From Candidatus Nanohaloarchaea archaeon (GTDB lineage Archaea > Nanohalarchaeota > Nanosalinia > Nanosalinales > Nanosalinaceae), in NCBI GenBank assembly GCA_042218075.1, contig JBDGRK010000005.1, positions 87,693 to 151,692 on the forward strand: DNA of 64,000 nt, in the 5' to 3' direction. The position numbers and the translations under genes were made by a program. How positions within the stretch are numbered: position 1 is the stretch's first letter; each line of letters begins with the position of its first letter. The notes beneath the pieces are model-generated. The model saw only the letters and a program-made list of their open reading frames with translations, was not told where the DNA came from and did no database searches. Below, piece after piece: positions 10,591-20,838 of the stretch.

Positions 10591-11354
10591 TGGTGACCGC
10601 TACTCTACCTACACTGACCGCTGTGATTATCACCGCTGCAGTCGACTCGGTAAACCCCTGCGCTATAGGTGTGGCTCTGCTGCTGGTCGCGACACTGGTC
10701 AAGCAGGACAGGAGGGGCGACATACTGAAGGTCGGATTGATCTACGTTACTTTCGTCTACCTCACATACTTCACGGCAGGACTTGGAATACTGTTCGGGC
10801 TGACATCGATACCCACACAGGTCGCCAACTACATAACCGTATTCGTATCGCTCATAGTCATAGCGGGAGGTTTACTGGAGATCAAGGACTTCTTCTGGTA
10901 CGGAGAAGGATCCTCTCTCATGATACCGGAGAAGTACTCGGAAAAGATTGCGGAGAAGATGGAGAATATAACGACTCCCGCGGCTGTACTGCTCGGAATC
11001 TTCGTGGCGGCGGTGGAACTACCCTGCACAGGAGGCCCATATCTGGCGATACTGACAGTTGTTCACCAGGCTCTCGTGCAGCCGGCGACCGCCTCAACAG
11101 CGGTGATGGTGAACATATTCGGCTTCAATCTGCCCCTGACAGCTCTGCTGATGATGGCGCTATACAACCTGATCTTCGTGATGCCGCTGATAATCATAGT
11201 ACTGATGTCATACTTCGGGTCGAAGAAAGTCCAGGAGATGAAAAAGTGGAAGCACATGAACAGGGCCAGGATGAGATTGGCGGCGGGACTGCTGATGATC
11301 TACCTCGGCTGGATCCTGCTTCTCCTGGCGACCGGGATCGTGAGGCTTGGATAG
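10590..11354 (+). CDS. CcdA/DsbD-like (cytochrome c biogenesis-type) membrane thiol-redox protein
   Basis: DSVNPC and ELPCTGGPY Cys motifs in a multi-TM protein. Confidence 0.8.
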   Translation: MVTATLPTLTAVIITAAVDSVNPCAIGVALLLVATLVKQDRRGDILKVGLIYVTFVYLTYFTAGLGILFGLTSIPTQVANYITVFVSLIVIAGGLLEIKDFFWYGEGSSLMIPEKYSEKIAEKMENITTPAAVLLGIFVAAVELPCTGGPYLAILTVVHQALVQPATASTAVMVNIFGFNLPLTALLMMALYNLIFVMPLIIIVLMSYFGSKKVQEMKKWKHMNRARMRLAAGLLMIYLGWILLLLATGIVRLG

Positions 11355-11355
11355 C

Positions 11356-11631
11356 ATGGGAAAGATCGTGAAGAGTCAAGGAGAGAAAGAAGAGTTCGAC
11401 GAGGGAAAGCTGTGGCACTCGATTTACTATCCCGCGAGAGAAGCACACTACACGGAGGAAGAGGCTGTAGAGCTGGCGGATGATGCAAAGCAGGAAGTTA
11501 TGGGATGGATGGACGAACATGAGGACGATGTACTGACCTCTAAAGAGCTGAGGCAGAAAATATCTGAAATACTGTCGCGCAAGGACGAGGATGTGGAGTT
11601 CCTCTACAGGAAGCACCTGGATCTCAACTAG
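11356..11631 (+). CDS. Stand-alone ATP-cone domain protein
   Basis: IVKSQGEKEEFDEGKL...LTSKELR pattern of an ATP-cone. Confidence 0.7.
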   Translation: MGKIVKSQGEKEEFDEGKLWHSIYYPAREAHYTEEEAVELADDAKQEVMGWMDEHEDDVLTSKELRQKISEILSRKDEDVEFLYRKHLDLN

Positions 11632-12155
11632 TCGTATCTCCAGAGGATCACTGCTATAGCCAGGAATGCGGTAAGAGCCATAACAGGCACAGTGATGTAT
11701 CCGTAGTGGAAAGTGTACTGTGTCTCGCAGCTCACCTCCATTATCGAGCAGCCCGCTGAGTGGAACTGTTCTATCCTCTGGATTATGGAGTGGTATAGAG
11801 CTATAGGTATTCCGATCAGCGCCAGCGGCATTACGTAGTCCTTCAGGTCATCCTTCCTCAGATATATAGCTGATGCTGAAAGAACCACGATCGGGTACAT
11901 GAAAATCCTCTGGAACCAGCAGAGGCGACACGGAGTCCAGCCGAGAACGTTAGAAAGGTAGAGACTTCCTGCTGTCGCTATAGATGCGACAGTCAAGACA
12001 ATATAGTATTTCCGATCCGAAATAAACCCATCAGCAGGCTCCAGGAACTCTAGCTCTTTGCCCATTTTCCTCGCTAAAAATACGATCAATGCAGCTATCA
12101 ATCCCAGATCCAGTAGAAAAACAGTGGTAGCTAACGCAGAGGTAACCACTCCCAT
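11628..12155 (-). CDS. dsbB: Disulfide bond formation protein B (BdbC/DsbB)
   Basis: PCRLCWFQRIFMYP plus a second Cys pair; 4-5 TMs. Confidence 0.9.
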   Translation of the reverse strand: MGVVTSALATTVFLLDLGLIAALIVFLARKMGKELEFLEPADGFISDRKYYIVLTVASIATAGSLYLSNVLGWTPCRLCWFQRIFMYPIVVLSASAIYLRKDDLKDYVMPLALIGIPIALYHSIIQRIEQFHSAGCSIMEVSCETQYTFHYGYITVPVMALTAFLAIAVILWRYD

Positions 12156-12207
12156 GGGAGAAAGATGGTAGGTTTAAAATAAAAACCTGTCTACACCAGA
12201 ATCCCAC

Positions 12208-13020
12208 ATGGTCGACTGCAAATACTGTGAAGAAGAGTTCGATTCTGAAAGAGAGATGCACATCCACTGGGGAGAAGAGCACGAGGACGAGCTCAACTCA
12301 CACGACGAAGAGAAAGTGAAGAAGGCGGAGAGAAAGAAGGAGGAGGAAAAGCAGAAGAAGATGTCGAGAAGGAAGAAGCTTGCTGGACAGGGACTCGCTT
12401 TAGGGGGAGCGCTGGTGCTAGTCGCGGTACTGGGATACCAGGCGCTTGGAGCTTTCGGCGGATCAACAGGGTCAGGTAATGCAGAGTTCGAGCTCAAGGG
12501 AGAACCCATGCTCGGAAATCCTGGAGCCAATGTTACAGTGGTCGAGTTCGGAGACTACAAGTGTCCGTTCTGCAGGGACTTCGAGGCAAACCACTTCCAG
12601 AGGCTGGAGAAGAATTACATCGAAAAAGGCAAGGTTAAGTTCTACTTCATGAATTACGCTTTCCTAGGCCAGAGCTCAACCAGGGCGGCGGTAGCGGCCG
12701 AGTGCGTCCTGAGGCAGAACGAATCCCAGTTCTGGAAATTCCACAAGGCTATATACCAGAACCAGGGGCCGGAATCCCAGGACTGGGCGACTCAGAGCGT
12801 GCTCATGAACATTGCCAGACAGAACACCCAGGGACTTGACTATCAGAAGCTCAGGAGCTGTATTTCCAATCGGAAAACCATCAACGAGGTTCAGTCCGAC
12901 AGGAGTCAGGGAGCCGAAAATGGAGTTTCGGGAACGCCCAAGATATTTGTCAATGGAAGGAAACTTCCGGGATACGAGTACTCGACGATCAAGGCAGCAA
13001 TAGAGCAGGAGCTGCGATGA
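12208..13020 (+). CDS. DsbA-family thioredoxin with N-terminal C2H2 zinc finger and TM anchor
   Basis: CKYC...HIHWGEEH zinc finger; FGDYKCPFC; GVSGTP cis-Pro loop. Confidence 0.88.
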   Translation: MVDCKYCEEEFDSEREMHIHWGEEHEDELNSHDEEKVKKAERKKEEEKQKKMSRRKKLAGQGLALGGALVLVAVLGYQALGAFGGSTGSGNAEFELKGEPMLGNPGANVTVVEFGDYKCPFCRDFEANHFQRLEKNYIEKGKVKFYFMNYAFLGQSSTRAAVAAECVLRQNESQFWKFHKAIYQNQGPESQDWATQSVLMNIARQNTQGLDYQKLRSCISNRKTINEVQSDRSQGAENGVSGTPKIFVNGRKLPGYEYSTIKAAIEQELR

Positions 13021-13676
13021 AAAGAGAAGACCTCATGGAGCAGTACAGAGAGAGAAGGAAAGAGATAGACTCCCGGCTTGAAGATTTCGAAAAGCTGAGG
13101 CAGGCAAGCGACATCAGAATGTTCAAAGAACTTGTATTTGTGATCCTGACCTCCCAGACAGAGGCAGAGAAAGCATGGGAAGCAACCGGAGAGCTGGATG
13201 ACAGAGGTCTCCTTGATGAGGGAGGAGAACAGAGGATTGCAGAAGTTCTGAGAGATCACGATGTCAGCTACGAGGAGAACAAGTCCAGTTACATAGTGGA
13301 GAACAGGAAGAAGCTCTCCCAGCCGACACTGGATGATCCTTCAGGCGAACTCAAGTTGAAAAATAGAATTGATCCGGAGAATCTGGAGAAAACAAGGAAG
13401 TGGCTTGTCGACAGTGTATCCGGAATAAGCTGGAAAGGAGCCTCCCATTTCCTCAGGAATATCGGTTACGGTAACGGTTTTGCGATAATCTCCAGCCACA
13501 TACTCAAGGTTATGTCGCAGCTCGACCTGATAGAGAGCCCGAGCGCCCCTGAGAACAGGGAAGAATACATGGAATACGAGGAGAAACTCCGCCGGCTTTC
13601 AGAAGAACTTGGAATCGACATCAAAGCCCTGGATCTTGTCACATGGTCTCTCAGGACAGGAGAGGTTTTCAAGTAG
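13017..13676 (+). CDS. ogg: 8-oxoguanine DNA glycosylase/AP lyase homolog (archaeal Ogg2 type)
   Basis: FKELVFVILT, HhH GISWKGASHFLRNIG, C-terminal TGEVFK; the catalytic Asp appears substituted. Confidence 0.85.
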   Translation: MKREDLMEQYRERRKEIDSRLEDFEKLRQASDIRMFKELVFVILTSQTEAEKAWEATGELDDRGLLDEGGEQRIAEVLRDHDVSYEENKSSYIVENRKKLSQPTLDDPSGELKLKNRIDPENLEKTRKWLVDSVSGISWKGASHFLRNIGYGNGFAIISSHILKVMSQLDLIESPSAPENREEYMEYEEKLRRLSEELGIDIKALDLVTWSLRTGEVFK

Positions 13677-13935
13677 TATACTCTCCAAATACTCCGCCTT
13701 CACTCATTCTTTCATCCATAAATTGTTGATAAACTTCCTCTACTCTTTCTTCCAACTGGTATCTTCCTACCTCTAACTCAATGCTTTCATAAACGCTTTC
13801 CAGATGATCAGCTAATTGATCTTTGTTGATCTCATCGATATCTTCTGTCATCGAAAGAATCTGTTTTACATCATTCTCAATAAATTCTTCGACCTTTTCT
13901 CTTTTTCTCTCGCGATCTTCAATTGCAATTGCCAT
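13669..13935 (-). CDS. Hypothetical acidic protein
   Basis: 88-aa ORF with acidic composition like the rest of the proteome; upstream TTTATAAA. Confidence 0.6.
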   Translation of the reverse strand: MAIAIEDRERKREKVEEFIENDVKQILSMTEDIDEINKDQLADHLESVYESIELEVGRYQLEERVEEVYQQFMDERMSEGGVFGEYTT

Positions 13936-13977
13936 AGCATTCTAACTGAACGAGTCAAAACTTTATAAACACTTCAA

Positions 13978-14160
13978 CTATGTCAGGTCGCTCATCCTGA
14001 GGAGTCCAAACGTGGTAAGTATCACACCCAGCAGGGCTCCAAACAGCTCGTAAAGGTAGAATGTTGAGGGAGATTCCAGGGTATAAATTCCTACTCCCGC
14101 AGATGCAAGCAGCAGGGATTCCAGTGAAAGAGCCGCGAGAAGCAGTTTTCTAGTCTCCAC
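13978..14160 (-). CDS. Small two-TM membrane protein
   Basis: 60-aa hydrophobic ORF filling the intergenic space. Confidence 0.55.
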   Translation of the reverse strand: METRKLLLAALSLESLLLASAGVGIYTLESPSTFYLYELFGALLGVILTTFGLLRMSDLT

Positions 14161-14191
14161 GCCATGTTATTAAATCCGGCTTTTTGTAAAA

Positions 14192-15463
14192 TTAGGCAAA
14201 GTCGTACTGGAAGTAGGTGAACCTGACATAGAGGTAGAAGAAGTAAAGTACTACCAGAAGAAGTGCCCCAGCGATCGAAATGACCCTGTTCTCCGTGGCT
14301 TCCAGTCTCTCCGCCACCGAACCTACTCCAGCATACCTGAAAGGTTTTGCAAGCGCATTGCCGATGTCTTCCTTCGAAAACATATAGAGCAGAAGTATGC
14401 CCGCAGTCACTGTCTCAACCGGCAGATCCCAGAGAACCAGCGGTCTCGGAACAGCATAGGTTGAAATTACAGCCCCGGATCCTATAGCCAGCAGAGGATT
14501 CGTTATATTGCTCCCGATCAAGGTTCCGAGAGAAACACCTTCGCTGCCATGCCTGAGGCCTGTTATAGCGGTTATCATCTCAGGGAACGCTGAAACTATT
14601 CCAACCGAGGCAACACCTATCATCGACTCCGATAGTCCTGTCTTCGCGACAGCGACCTCGACCACTCTCAGGAAAACCTCCGCAGATCCCAGGACCAGCG
14701 CCATCGCCCCCAGGCCAATCGCAAGATCGAACCACGGTCTACTCGAAGGCTCAACGTCTCCCTGTTCCGCCAGTTCCTCTCCTCTAGTCGTGTAAAGGTA
14801 ATACATGTAGGCCGCGAAACTTCCGACAAGTACAATCCCATCCAGTCTCGTCAGGGTTCCCGAAACCGCCAGAGAACCGCCCGATAAAAAGTTCAGTACT
14901 CCTTTCCAGTTTAGAGCCAGAATCATGGTCATGAGTGTAGTTCCCATCATCGGAGCGTAATCCCTGATCAGGAACTTCCTTGAGAACCGGAAGCTGTGCC
15001 TGTCAGCCAGGAGAGCGGAGGAGAAAATGACCAATCCCAGAACGAGGGTCTGCTGTACGACATCGCTACCAATGTTGGCTCCGAGGACTGCACCTGACTT
15101 TCCTCTAAAAGTTTCAGTCGAAGCAGATGCTGTCTCCGCACCCATCCTCCCAGCCTCCACCAGAGAATTAAGCGCCGCGGAGTGGCTCTCAAGTAAAACC
15201 GTGGAAAGATCAAGCGAGAATAGTTCAAGAGGTAGTGTTGAGCTCATAAGTATCTTTACAGAGCCTATAAGATGGAGTGCAAGCTCAGGAAGTGAAGTGC
15301 CTACCGCCACAATAGTCATCGCTATAACCACCTCAGAAACACCGAAGTGCTTCGCCACTCCTTCCATCTTTGAAACCACAATTTCAGCGCCGAAGACAAG
15401 AGTGATAATCGAGAGAATACCGATGACGGCTGTTGCCGCTACACCGGTAAAGCCAAGGACCAT
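14192..15463 (-). CDS. Sodium/calcium exchanger family antiporter
   Basis: Alpha repeats GTSLPE...GANIGSD and SAFPE...GTLIGSNITN. Confidence 0.9.
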   Translation of the reverse strand: MVLGFTGVAATAVIGILSIITLVFGAEIVVSKMEGVAKHFGVSEVVIAMTIVAVGTSLPELALHLIGSVKILMSSTLPLELFSLDLSTVLLESHSAALNSLVEAGRMGAETASASTETFRGKSGAVLGANIGSDVVQQTLVLGLVIFSSALLADRHSFRFSRKFLIRDYAPMMGTTLMTMILALNWKGVLNFLSGGSLAVSGTLTRLDGIVLVGSFAAYMYYLYTTRGEELAEQGDVEPSSRPWFDLAIGLGAMALVLGSAEVFLRVVEVAVAKTGLSESMIGVASVGIVSAFPEMITAITGLRHGSEGVSLGTLIGSNITNPLLAIGSGAVISTYAVPRPLVLWDLPVETVTAGILLLYMFSKEDIGNALAKPFRYAGVGSVAERLEATENRVISIAGALLLVVLYFFYLYVRFTYFQYDFA

Positions 15464-15496
15464 ATCCAAATTAAATAAAAAACGGCTTAAAACTCT

Positions 15497-17902
15497 TTAG
15501 CCAAACTTGTCAAGTCCGCTCTGCTTTCCCTCTCCTTTCAGCTGTCCCTCTGTGTAGTCGAATACTTTCAGCACTCTAAGTGTGGCGGGAAGAACCTGGT
15601 TCTCTATGTAGTAGTCAGAGTCGTAATCCTCCGCGTACTTCAGTATCTCGGCTCGTGAGGAAATGCTTCCCCCTCCCCGCGTAATCACGTAGGCAATTGT
15701 CTCACCAGGTGAAATTTCATCACCTCTATCGATAGCTTTCTTCGCCGCCTCGACATGCGGTGCTGTGGATTCATAGTTCTCCGGCTTCTTCTTCATCTGG
15801 GTGTAAATTCGCAGCTTCTCCACCGGTATCTCTCCCTGTCTCAGCTTCTCTACAGTCTGCTTAACTATCTCAGCCGCCTCTTCTACTTCATTTTCCAGTA
15901 CCTTCCTCAGCACCTTCTTCTGCGTGTCCTTAGCCACAGGACTCCAGTCCCTCCTCACTTGCTCGAAGCCGGTTATCTTCATTTCTCCATCAGGTGAGAT
16001 CAGCGCGTACTTCTTCTTCGCTCCCTCCCCGGAATCGGTCGAGGTGAAGAAACCTCTCCTGAAGAATCCCTCGAACTCAAGCTGCATGAACTCGGGTAGA
16101 TCCGAATTCACTTTCTCCAGGAATTCATCGATCCTTTCCCGGATATTTTCTCCCTTCAGGAACACCGAATCAGTGTCGCCATAGCTCACCTCGAAGCCCA
16201 TCTCCTCAGCTGTCTCGATCGAATCCTGTATATACTCTCTGCCGAGGTAGGTGGTGGCCTCCGCGCTCTCCCTGGAATACCATCGAGCACCGTTGTATCC
16301 GAGGTAGCCGTAGAAGCTATTTGCAAGTATTTTTTCAGCCTGTTGGCGGTTGTCGAGAGACTCGTATTTGGGGTCATCTTTATCCAGATTTTTCATCTCC
16401 TGCTTTATCTTTGAACGATCCTCGACAAGTGATTCCACCAGCTCCGGGAAGAAACCCTGCTGATCCTGGCAGAAGTCGTAGCCGAACTCTTCCACCTCAA
16501 ATCTTTCATCACAGCCTTCGAGATTCAGTGTGTCGGGAGATATATTGTGTGCCACCATTACGGTAGGATACAGAGACTTGTAGTCGAAAAGGGCTACATT
16601 TTCGTGAAGTCCCGGCTCAGGAGTGTATACGAATCCGCCGGAATAGGCTCCCTTCCTCCTTCTTTTCTGCTGCTCCTGATGAGAAGGTCGATTCGGAGCC
16701 AGCATCTTCCTCTCGTGAGCCTCTCTCAGCAGGTAGTTTTCAGTAAGCTGTCCGTAGGTCAGGCGGCATGCATCGAAGGGAATAAGTCCGACTATCCTGG
16801 ATAGCTCCATGACCTGTGGAACGATCTCCTCCCCTAGCCTGAATGCCAGTTCTGAGTCTCTAAGAGCGTAGTCTGCGAAGCTCTCAAGATCCTGCTTCTC
16901 CCTCCAGGATTCCTTCATATCCTCCCAGCTCATTTCGTCCTTGTTCTCTCCCAGTAGCTCCTCCGCCACTGAATCAAGGTCCAGGGTCTCGGATTCCAGT
17001 CCTGGAGACATGATGTGTGAGATGAAAGGATAGAGATCCAGGTGCATCCTGCCCTTCAGCCGCGCACCGGAGAACCTTCCCCTCCTGTTGAATTTCATCC
17101 TCTCACCGTTCCTTCCCAGCTTCAGCTCCAGGCCGTTTTCGTTGGCTCTCCTCCTGAGAACATCGAAATCGTACTCGTCGGTGTTGTAACCTGTCAGGAT
17201 GTCGATATCTTTTTCCTTCACAATCTCGATCAGCCTTTCGATAATCTCCCTCTCCGATTCCACTTTTTCGGCAAAATCTCTATCAATTTTCTCAGTTGAG
17301 ACCACTTTCTCAAACCCTTCCGAGTAAAAGGATGCCATTATTATCCTGTCCTGGTAAACTTCAAGGTCAAAAGCCAGTCTGTTCCACTCAGTTTCTCCAG
17401 GTTCTATTCCGGTTTCAACTTGCCTTAATTCGATCTCGACATCCAAGTCCCCGCTCTTCTTTTTCTCACCACTCGCCCTTATCCACTCACCCGGTTTGAT
17501 ACCCTTATCGATGAGATAGCGCTTGTAGAACGGAATATCGAACTCCCTGCATTCTTTAACTTCATCAAGCTCCTCCACCTCGCCCTTCAGCTTGGGGATT
17601 CTCGGAGGAATGTTGGTGTGAACTTTCAAAACTTCCTTTTCTTCGTTTTCATCGACCATCCTGATTCTCTGAATTTCCTCGACAGGAAGAGGCTCGCCTT
17701 CCTCCTCGAAATTGGAATCCTGCAGTTCTCCCTTGAGGTTTTCAATCTCTCCCTCCTCTGGAACCGCGTAGAAGTAGGGGAGGAAATTCCTCTCCTCGCT
17801 CAGAACGTTTTTCCCTTCCTTTGACTTGCCGAAAAGCCGGAGAACCACCTCTCCATCTTCAATACGGTAGTCAGCGTCCACCACCTTCAGTTCCTGCTTC
17901 AT
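15497..17902 (-). CDS. polB: Family B DNA polymerase
   Basis: Exo motifs FDLE, GYNTDEYD, YALRD; polymerase motifs DYKSLYP, KILANSFYGY, YGDTDS; C-terminal PIP box QSGLDKF. Confidence 0.97.
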   Translation of the reverse strand: MKQELKVVDADYRIEDGEVVLRLFGKSKEGKNVLSEERNFLPYFYAVPEEGEIENLKGELQDSNFEEEGEPLPVEEIQRIRMVDENEEKEVLKVHTNIPPRIPKLKGEVEELDEVKECREFDIPFYKRYLIDKGIKPGEWIRASGEKKKSGDLDVEIELRQVETGIEPGETEWNRLAFDLEVYQDRIIMASFYSEGFEKVVSTEKIDRDFAEKVESEREIIERLIEIVKEKDIDILTGYNTDEYDFDVLRRRANENGLELKLGRNGERMKFNRRGRFSGARLKGRMHLDLYPFISHIMSPGLESETLDLDSVAEELLGENKDEMSWEDMKESWREKQDLESFADYALRDSELAFRLGEEIVPQVMELSRIVGLIPFDACRLTYGQLTENYLLREAHERKMLAPNRPSHQEQQKRRRKGAYSGGFVYTPEPGLHENVALFDYKSLYPTVMVAHNISPDTLNLEGCDERFEVEEFGYDFCQDQQGFFPELVESLVEDRSKIKQEMKNLDKDDPKYESLDNRQQAEKILANSFYGYLGYNGARWYSRESAEATTYLGREYIQDSIETAEEMGFEVSYGDTDSVFLKGENIRERIDEFLEKVNSDLPEFMQLEFEGFFRRGFFTSTDSGEGAKKKYALISPDGEMKITGFEQVRRDWSPVAKDTQKKVLRKVLENEVEEAAEIVKQTVEKLRQGEIPVEKLRIYTQMKKKPENYESTAPHVEAAKKAIDRGDEISPGETIAYVITRGGGSISSRAEILKYAEDYDSDYYIENQVLPATLRVLKVFDYTEGQLKGEGKQSGLDKFG

Positions 17903-18055
17903 GTAGATGTATGGGTGCTGGAAAGTTAAGAATAGGTTGGGAAAGCCCCGATTCCCACAAAAAAAACTAAAGAAGATTATAGATGTTTAGTAACTGTGAA
18001 ATACTTTCTGGATACTAACAACCCTGTTGGAGGGGCTCTATTCTACTTTGTAAGA

Positions 18056-18808
18056 ATGGCGGAGATATCGGAAGAATATGTAATCAAGTTCGATACATCT
18101 GAACTGCGTTCAAGCTTTGGAGATGATTCAAATCTTTACGATATCGTAAATTCCAACCTAGATAGGAAGGCTGGAGGAAGAATTTTTGAAGGAAACAGTC
18201 ATTTTTCAGGAGATATGCCTGAGAAAGTCACTAGGTGCCTCTCTGAAAACCAAGATGAAATCAGGTACCTGGATTTGATTGAGGTTATTGAGGGAGATGA
18301 GACAGTGTGCAGGATAGAGTTCGATGAATATAATGGAGTCTACACTGAATTCAAGATTAACGAAGAACTGGCGGATTTTCACTCGGATTTCCTGGAGGAA
18401 TTCAATTCAGAACCCGAAAATGTGGCGCAAATACTTCCAAGGTGGAGGATGAAGTGGGAGTCTCGAGAAACGAAGTATGTGTTCGGGGGGGAGTACCTGA
18501 ATCCAACCACAATCTGCACGAGGGAAGATCGCAAATACTTCGACTTAAGGGAAATTAAGGACTTTGAAGAAAATCCTGACGAGTTGATGATCAAGCTGAA
18601 GTATCCTATCCACATGAATATCCTAGGAAACATCTTGAAACCGATAGTATGGCTAATCATAAGGGAATCGGATCTGAGGTGGGACCACAGACCTCAGGAA
18701 ATTTACTTTGATGAAAGAGAACGGATGGAGAAATTTTCCGAGATACTTGAGTTGATTAATAATAGGAGGGAAAGATTGGTACTTGAAGAAGAACTTGGCA
18801 GGAGTTAA
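18056..18808 (+). CDS. Hypothetical protein
   Basis: Long acidic ORF; ATG 18056 preferred as start. Confidence 0.65.
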   Translation: MAEISEEYVIKFDTSELRSSFGDDSNLYDIVNSNLDRKAGGRIFEGNSHFSGDMPEKVTRCLSENQDEIRYLDLIEVIEGDETVCRIEFDEYNGVYTEFKINEELADFHSDFLEEFNSEPENVAQILPRWRMKWESRETKYVFGGEYLNPTTICTREDRKYFDLREIKDFEENPDELMIKLKYPIHMNILGNILKPIVWLIIRESDLRWDHRPQEIYFDERERMEKFSEILELINNRRERLVLEEELGRS

Positions 18809-18846
18809 TCCAATTCAATTAAAATCTCCAGTTCAAATCTATTAAC

Positions 18847-19500
18847 ATGAGACTTCTACTCCTGACCGACATTCACGGGCACACCGAGAAGCTGGAGAAA
18901 ATCGTTAAGAAAGAGGATTTCGATGCTATCCTCTGCGCGGGAGACCTATCGGATGCCACCGAATACGACGATTACTCCGGAAAGCTGGAGCAGGTTCTGG
19001 AGGCAATGCAGAAGCAGGGCAACATGGCGAAGGCAGTTCCCGGGAACATGGATCCGGAGGAGAAATGCCTGGAACAGCTGATCGAGAGAAGGATGAATAT
19101 CCACAAGAAGATCGCCAGCTTTGAAGACTTTGAAGTAGTCGGCTTTGGAGGCGGAATCACACCGTTCGGAACTCCCTTCGAGCCATCTGGGGGAGAGATC
19201 AAGAGTGCTCTGGAACAACTCTACGGAAGGATGAACACGGAGAGAAAATTCGCGGTTATACACCAGCCACCACACGATACACAGCTCGATCTTGCCGAAG
19301 GCAATCACGTGGGAAGCCAGGAAGTGAGAGACCTGATAGAGAAGAAAGACTTCGAGCTGGTTCTGACTGGACACATCCACGAGGCAAGAGGAAAAGACAC
19401 TGTAGGAGACACACTGATTGTTAACCCGGGGCCTGTACTTGAAGGCTACTATGCGATCCTTGACACATCAGGCAATCTGGAGATGAAGAGCCTGAACTAG
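18847..19500 (+). CDS. Calcineurin-like metallophosphoesterase
   Basis: DIHG, GDLSD, PGNMD, HQPP, GHIHE. Confidence 0.92.
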   Translation: MRLLLLTDIHGHTEKLEKIVKKEDFDAILCAGDLSDATEYDDYSGKLEQVLEAMQKQGNMAKAVPGNMDPEEKCLEQLIERRMNIHKKIASFEDFEVVGFGGGITPFGTPFEPSGGEIKSALEQLYGRMNTERKFAVIHQPPHDTQLDLAEGNHVGSQEVRDLIEKKDFELVLTGHIHEARGKDTVGDTLIVNPGPVLEGYYAILDTSGNLEMKSLN

Positions 19501-19683
19501 CACACCACTCAAATCTCATCTTAACCCGGACTCAGCATGCAAAGACAGTCTGTTCGACAGAAACGAACGCAAATAGTTTGATGAAACAAAATAAAGCTGC
19601 AGAAGTCAACCTGTTTTTATAAGGCAGCTAATACAATTTTATTATAGAATAAAAGAACTTTCCATAAAAGGAGGTGAAACGAA

Positions 19684-19881
19684 ATGGCAGAACTACCACT
19701 TGCACCGGTGAAGAGAATCATCAAACAGGCAGGAGCTCACAGAGTTTCCGAAGACGCAGTAGAGGAGCTGAGAGACGAGCTAGAGGACTACGCTGAAGAG
19801 AGAGCGAGGGATGCGAAGGAATTCGCCGAGCACGCTGGAAGGAAAACGGTGCAGGCAGACGACGTAAAAGCATCAAGCTAG
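19684..19881 (+). CDS. Archaeal histone (HMf family)
   Basis: [12 protein letters not shown]...RVSEDA...HAGRKTV; SD GGAGGTGA upstream. Confidence 0.95.
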   Translation: MAELPLAPVKRIIKQAGAHRVSEDAVEELRDELEDYAEERARDAKEFAEHAGRKTVQADDVKASS

Positions 19882-19919
19882 ATGCTTTCTTAACACTATT
19901 CCACTATCTTTCTTTTCTT

Positions 19920-20669
19920 ATGAGGCTGGAAAATAGCTTTATACTGGTTCCCGGAGTAGGAGAGAAGACGGAGAGGAAACTCTGGAAAAACGGAGTAAGA
20001 CACTGGGATCAAGTTTCCAGCGCTGAAAAAATAGGCGGACGAAAGAGGAAGAGGATTGAAAGTTTTCTGGAGAAAGCGAGGAAGAACCTTGAGGTTGGAA
20101 ACAGCTACTTCTTCGGCGACAAGCTGCCGAACAGTGAGCTATGGAGGGCCTACAGGAATTTCGAGCAGGAAGCGTGTTTTTTCGACATTGAAACTACTGG
20201 ACTCGACAGGGAGAAGAACAGGGTCACAACAGTGAGCTTTCACCGCAACGGAGATACTAGAACACTGGTGAGAGGTGAAGATCTCACTTTTGAAAATATC
20301 AGACAGGAGATAGAGAGCTCCAGCATACTGGTATCTTTCAACGGAAAGAGGTTCGACCAGCCATTCCTGGAGCACAACTTTGATCTGGAGATAGAAATTC
20401 CACATCTCGACCTGATGTATCCCTGCAAGAGGCTGGGATTGACAGGAGGTCTCAAGAAGGTCGAGAAAGAACTCGGTATTGGAAGAAATCTCGAGGATAT
20501 AGATGGAAGAGAAGCAGTAAAGCTGTGGAAGAGATACGAGAAGGGAGATCAGGAAGCACTCGAAAAGCTGGTTAGGTACAACGGCTATGACGCGGAGAAC
20601 TTGAGGCAGGTTCTGGAAAACGTCCACAGAAGGCTTGAGAGCAAGTTTTTCCGGCCTCACGTTGATTGA
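19920..20669 (+). CDS. RNase H-like (YprB/DEDD) exonuclease with N-terminal HhH
   Basis: VPGVGEK, FFDIETTG, SFNGKRFD, HLDL, GGLKKVE, YNGYD. Confidence 0.88.
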   Translation: MRLENSFILVPGVGEKTERKLWKNGVRHWDQVSSAEKIGGRKRKRIESFLEKARKNLEVGNSYFFGDKLPNSELWRAYRNFEQEACFFDIETTGLDREKNRVTTVSFHRNGDTRTLVRGEDLTFENIRQEIESSSILVSFNGKRFDQPFLEHNFDLEIEIPHLDLMYPCKRLGLTGGLKKVEKELGIGRNLEDIDGREAVKLWKRYEKGDQEALEKLVRYNGYDAENLRQVLENVHRRLESKFFRPHVD

Positions 20670-20718
20670 CAGGAAATATTTATAAACTTCACTTCACAAT
20701 AGTTAGGTGAAGATTCAC

Positions 20719-20835
20719 ATGGCCCTGAATAACCTGAACTGGAACACTAATGTGCATGTGTCTCCGGTGAGCTATAGCTTTGCCAGGGCCAAGGCCAAAT
20801 ACTTCTCCACCAACACCATTAACCTGGCAGAGTAG
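20719..20835 (+). CDS. Putative 38-aa leader peptide (uORF)
   Basis: TATA-like TTTATAAA ~20678 and SD-like AGGTGA before the ATG; MALNNLNWNTNVHVSPVSYSFARAKAKYFSTNTINLAE*. Confidence 0.5.
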   Translation: MALNNLNWNTNVHVSPVSYSFARAKAKYFSTNTINLAE

Positions 20836-20838
20836 AGC

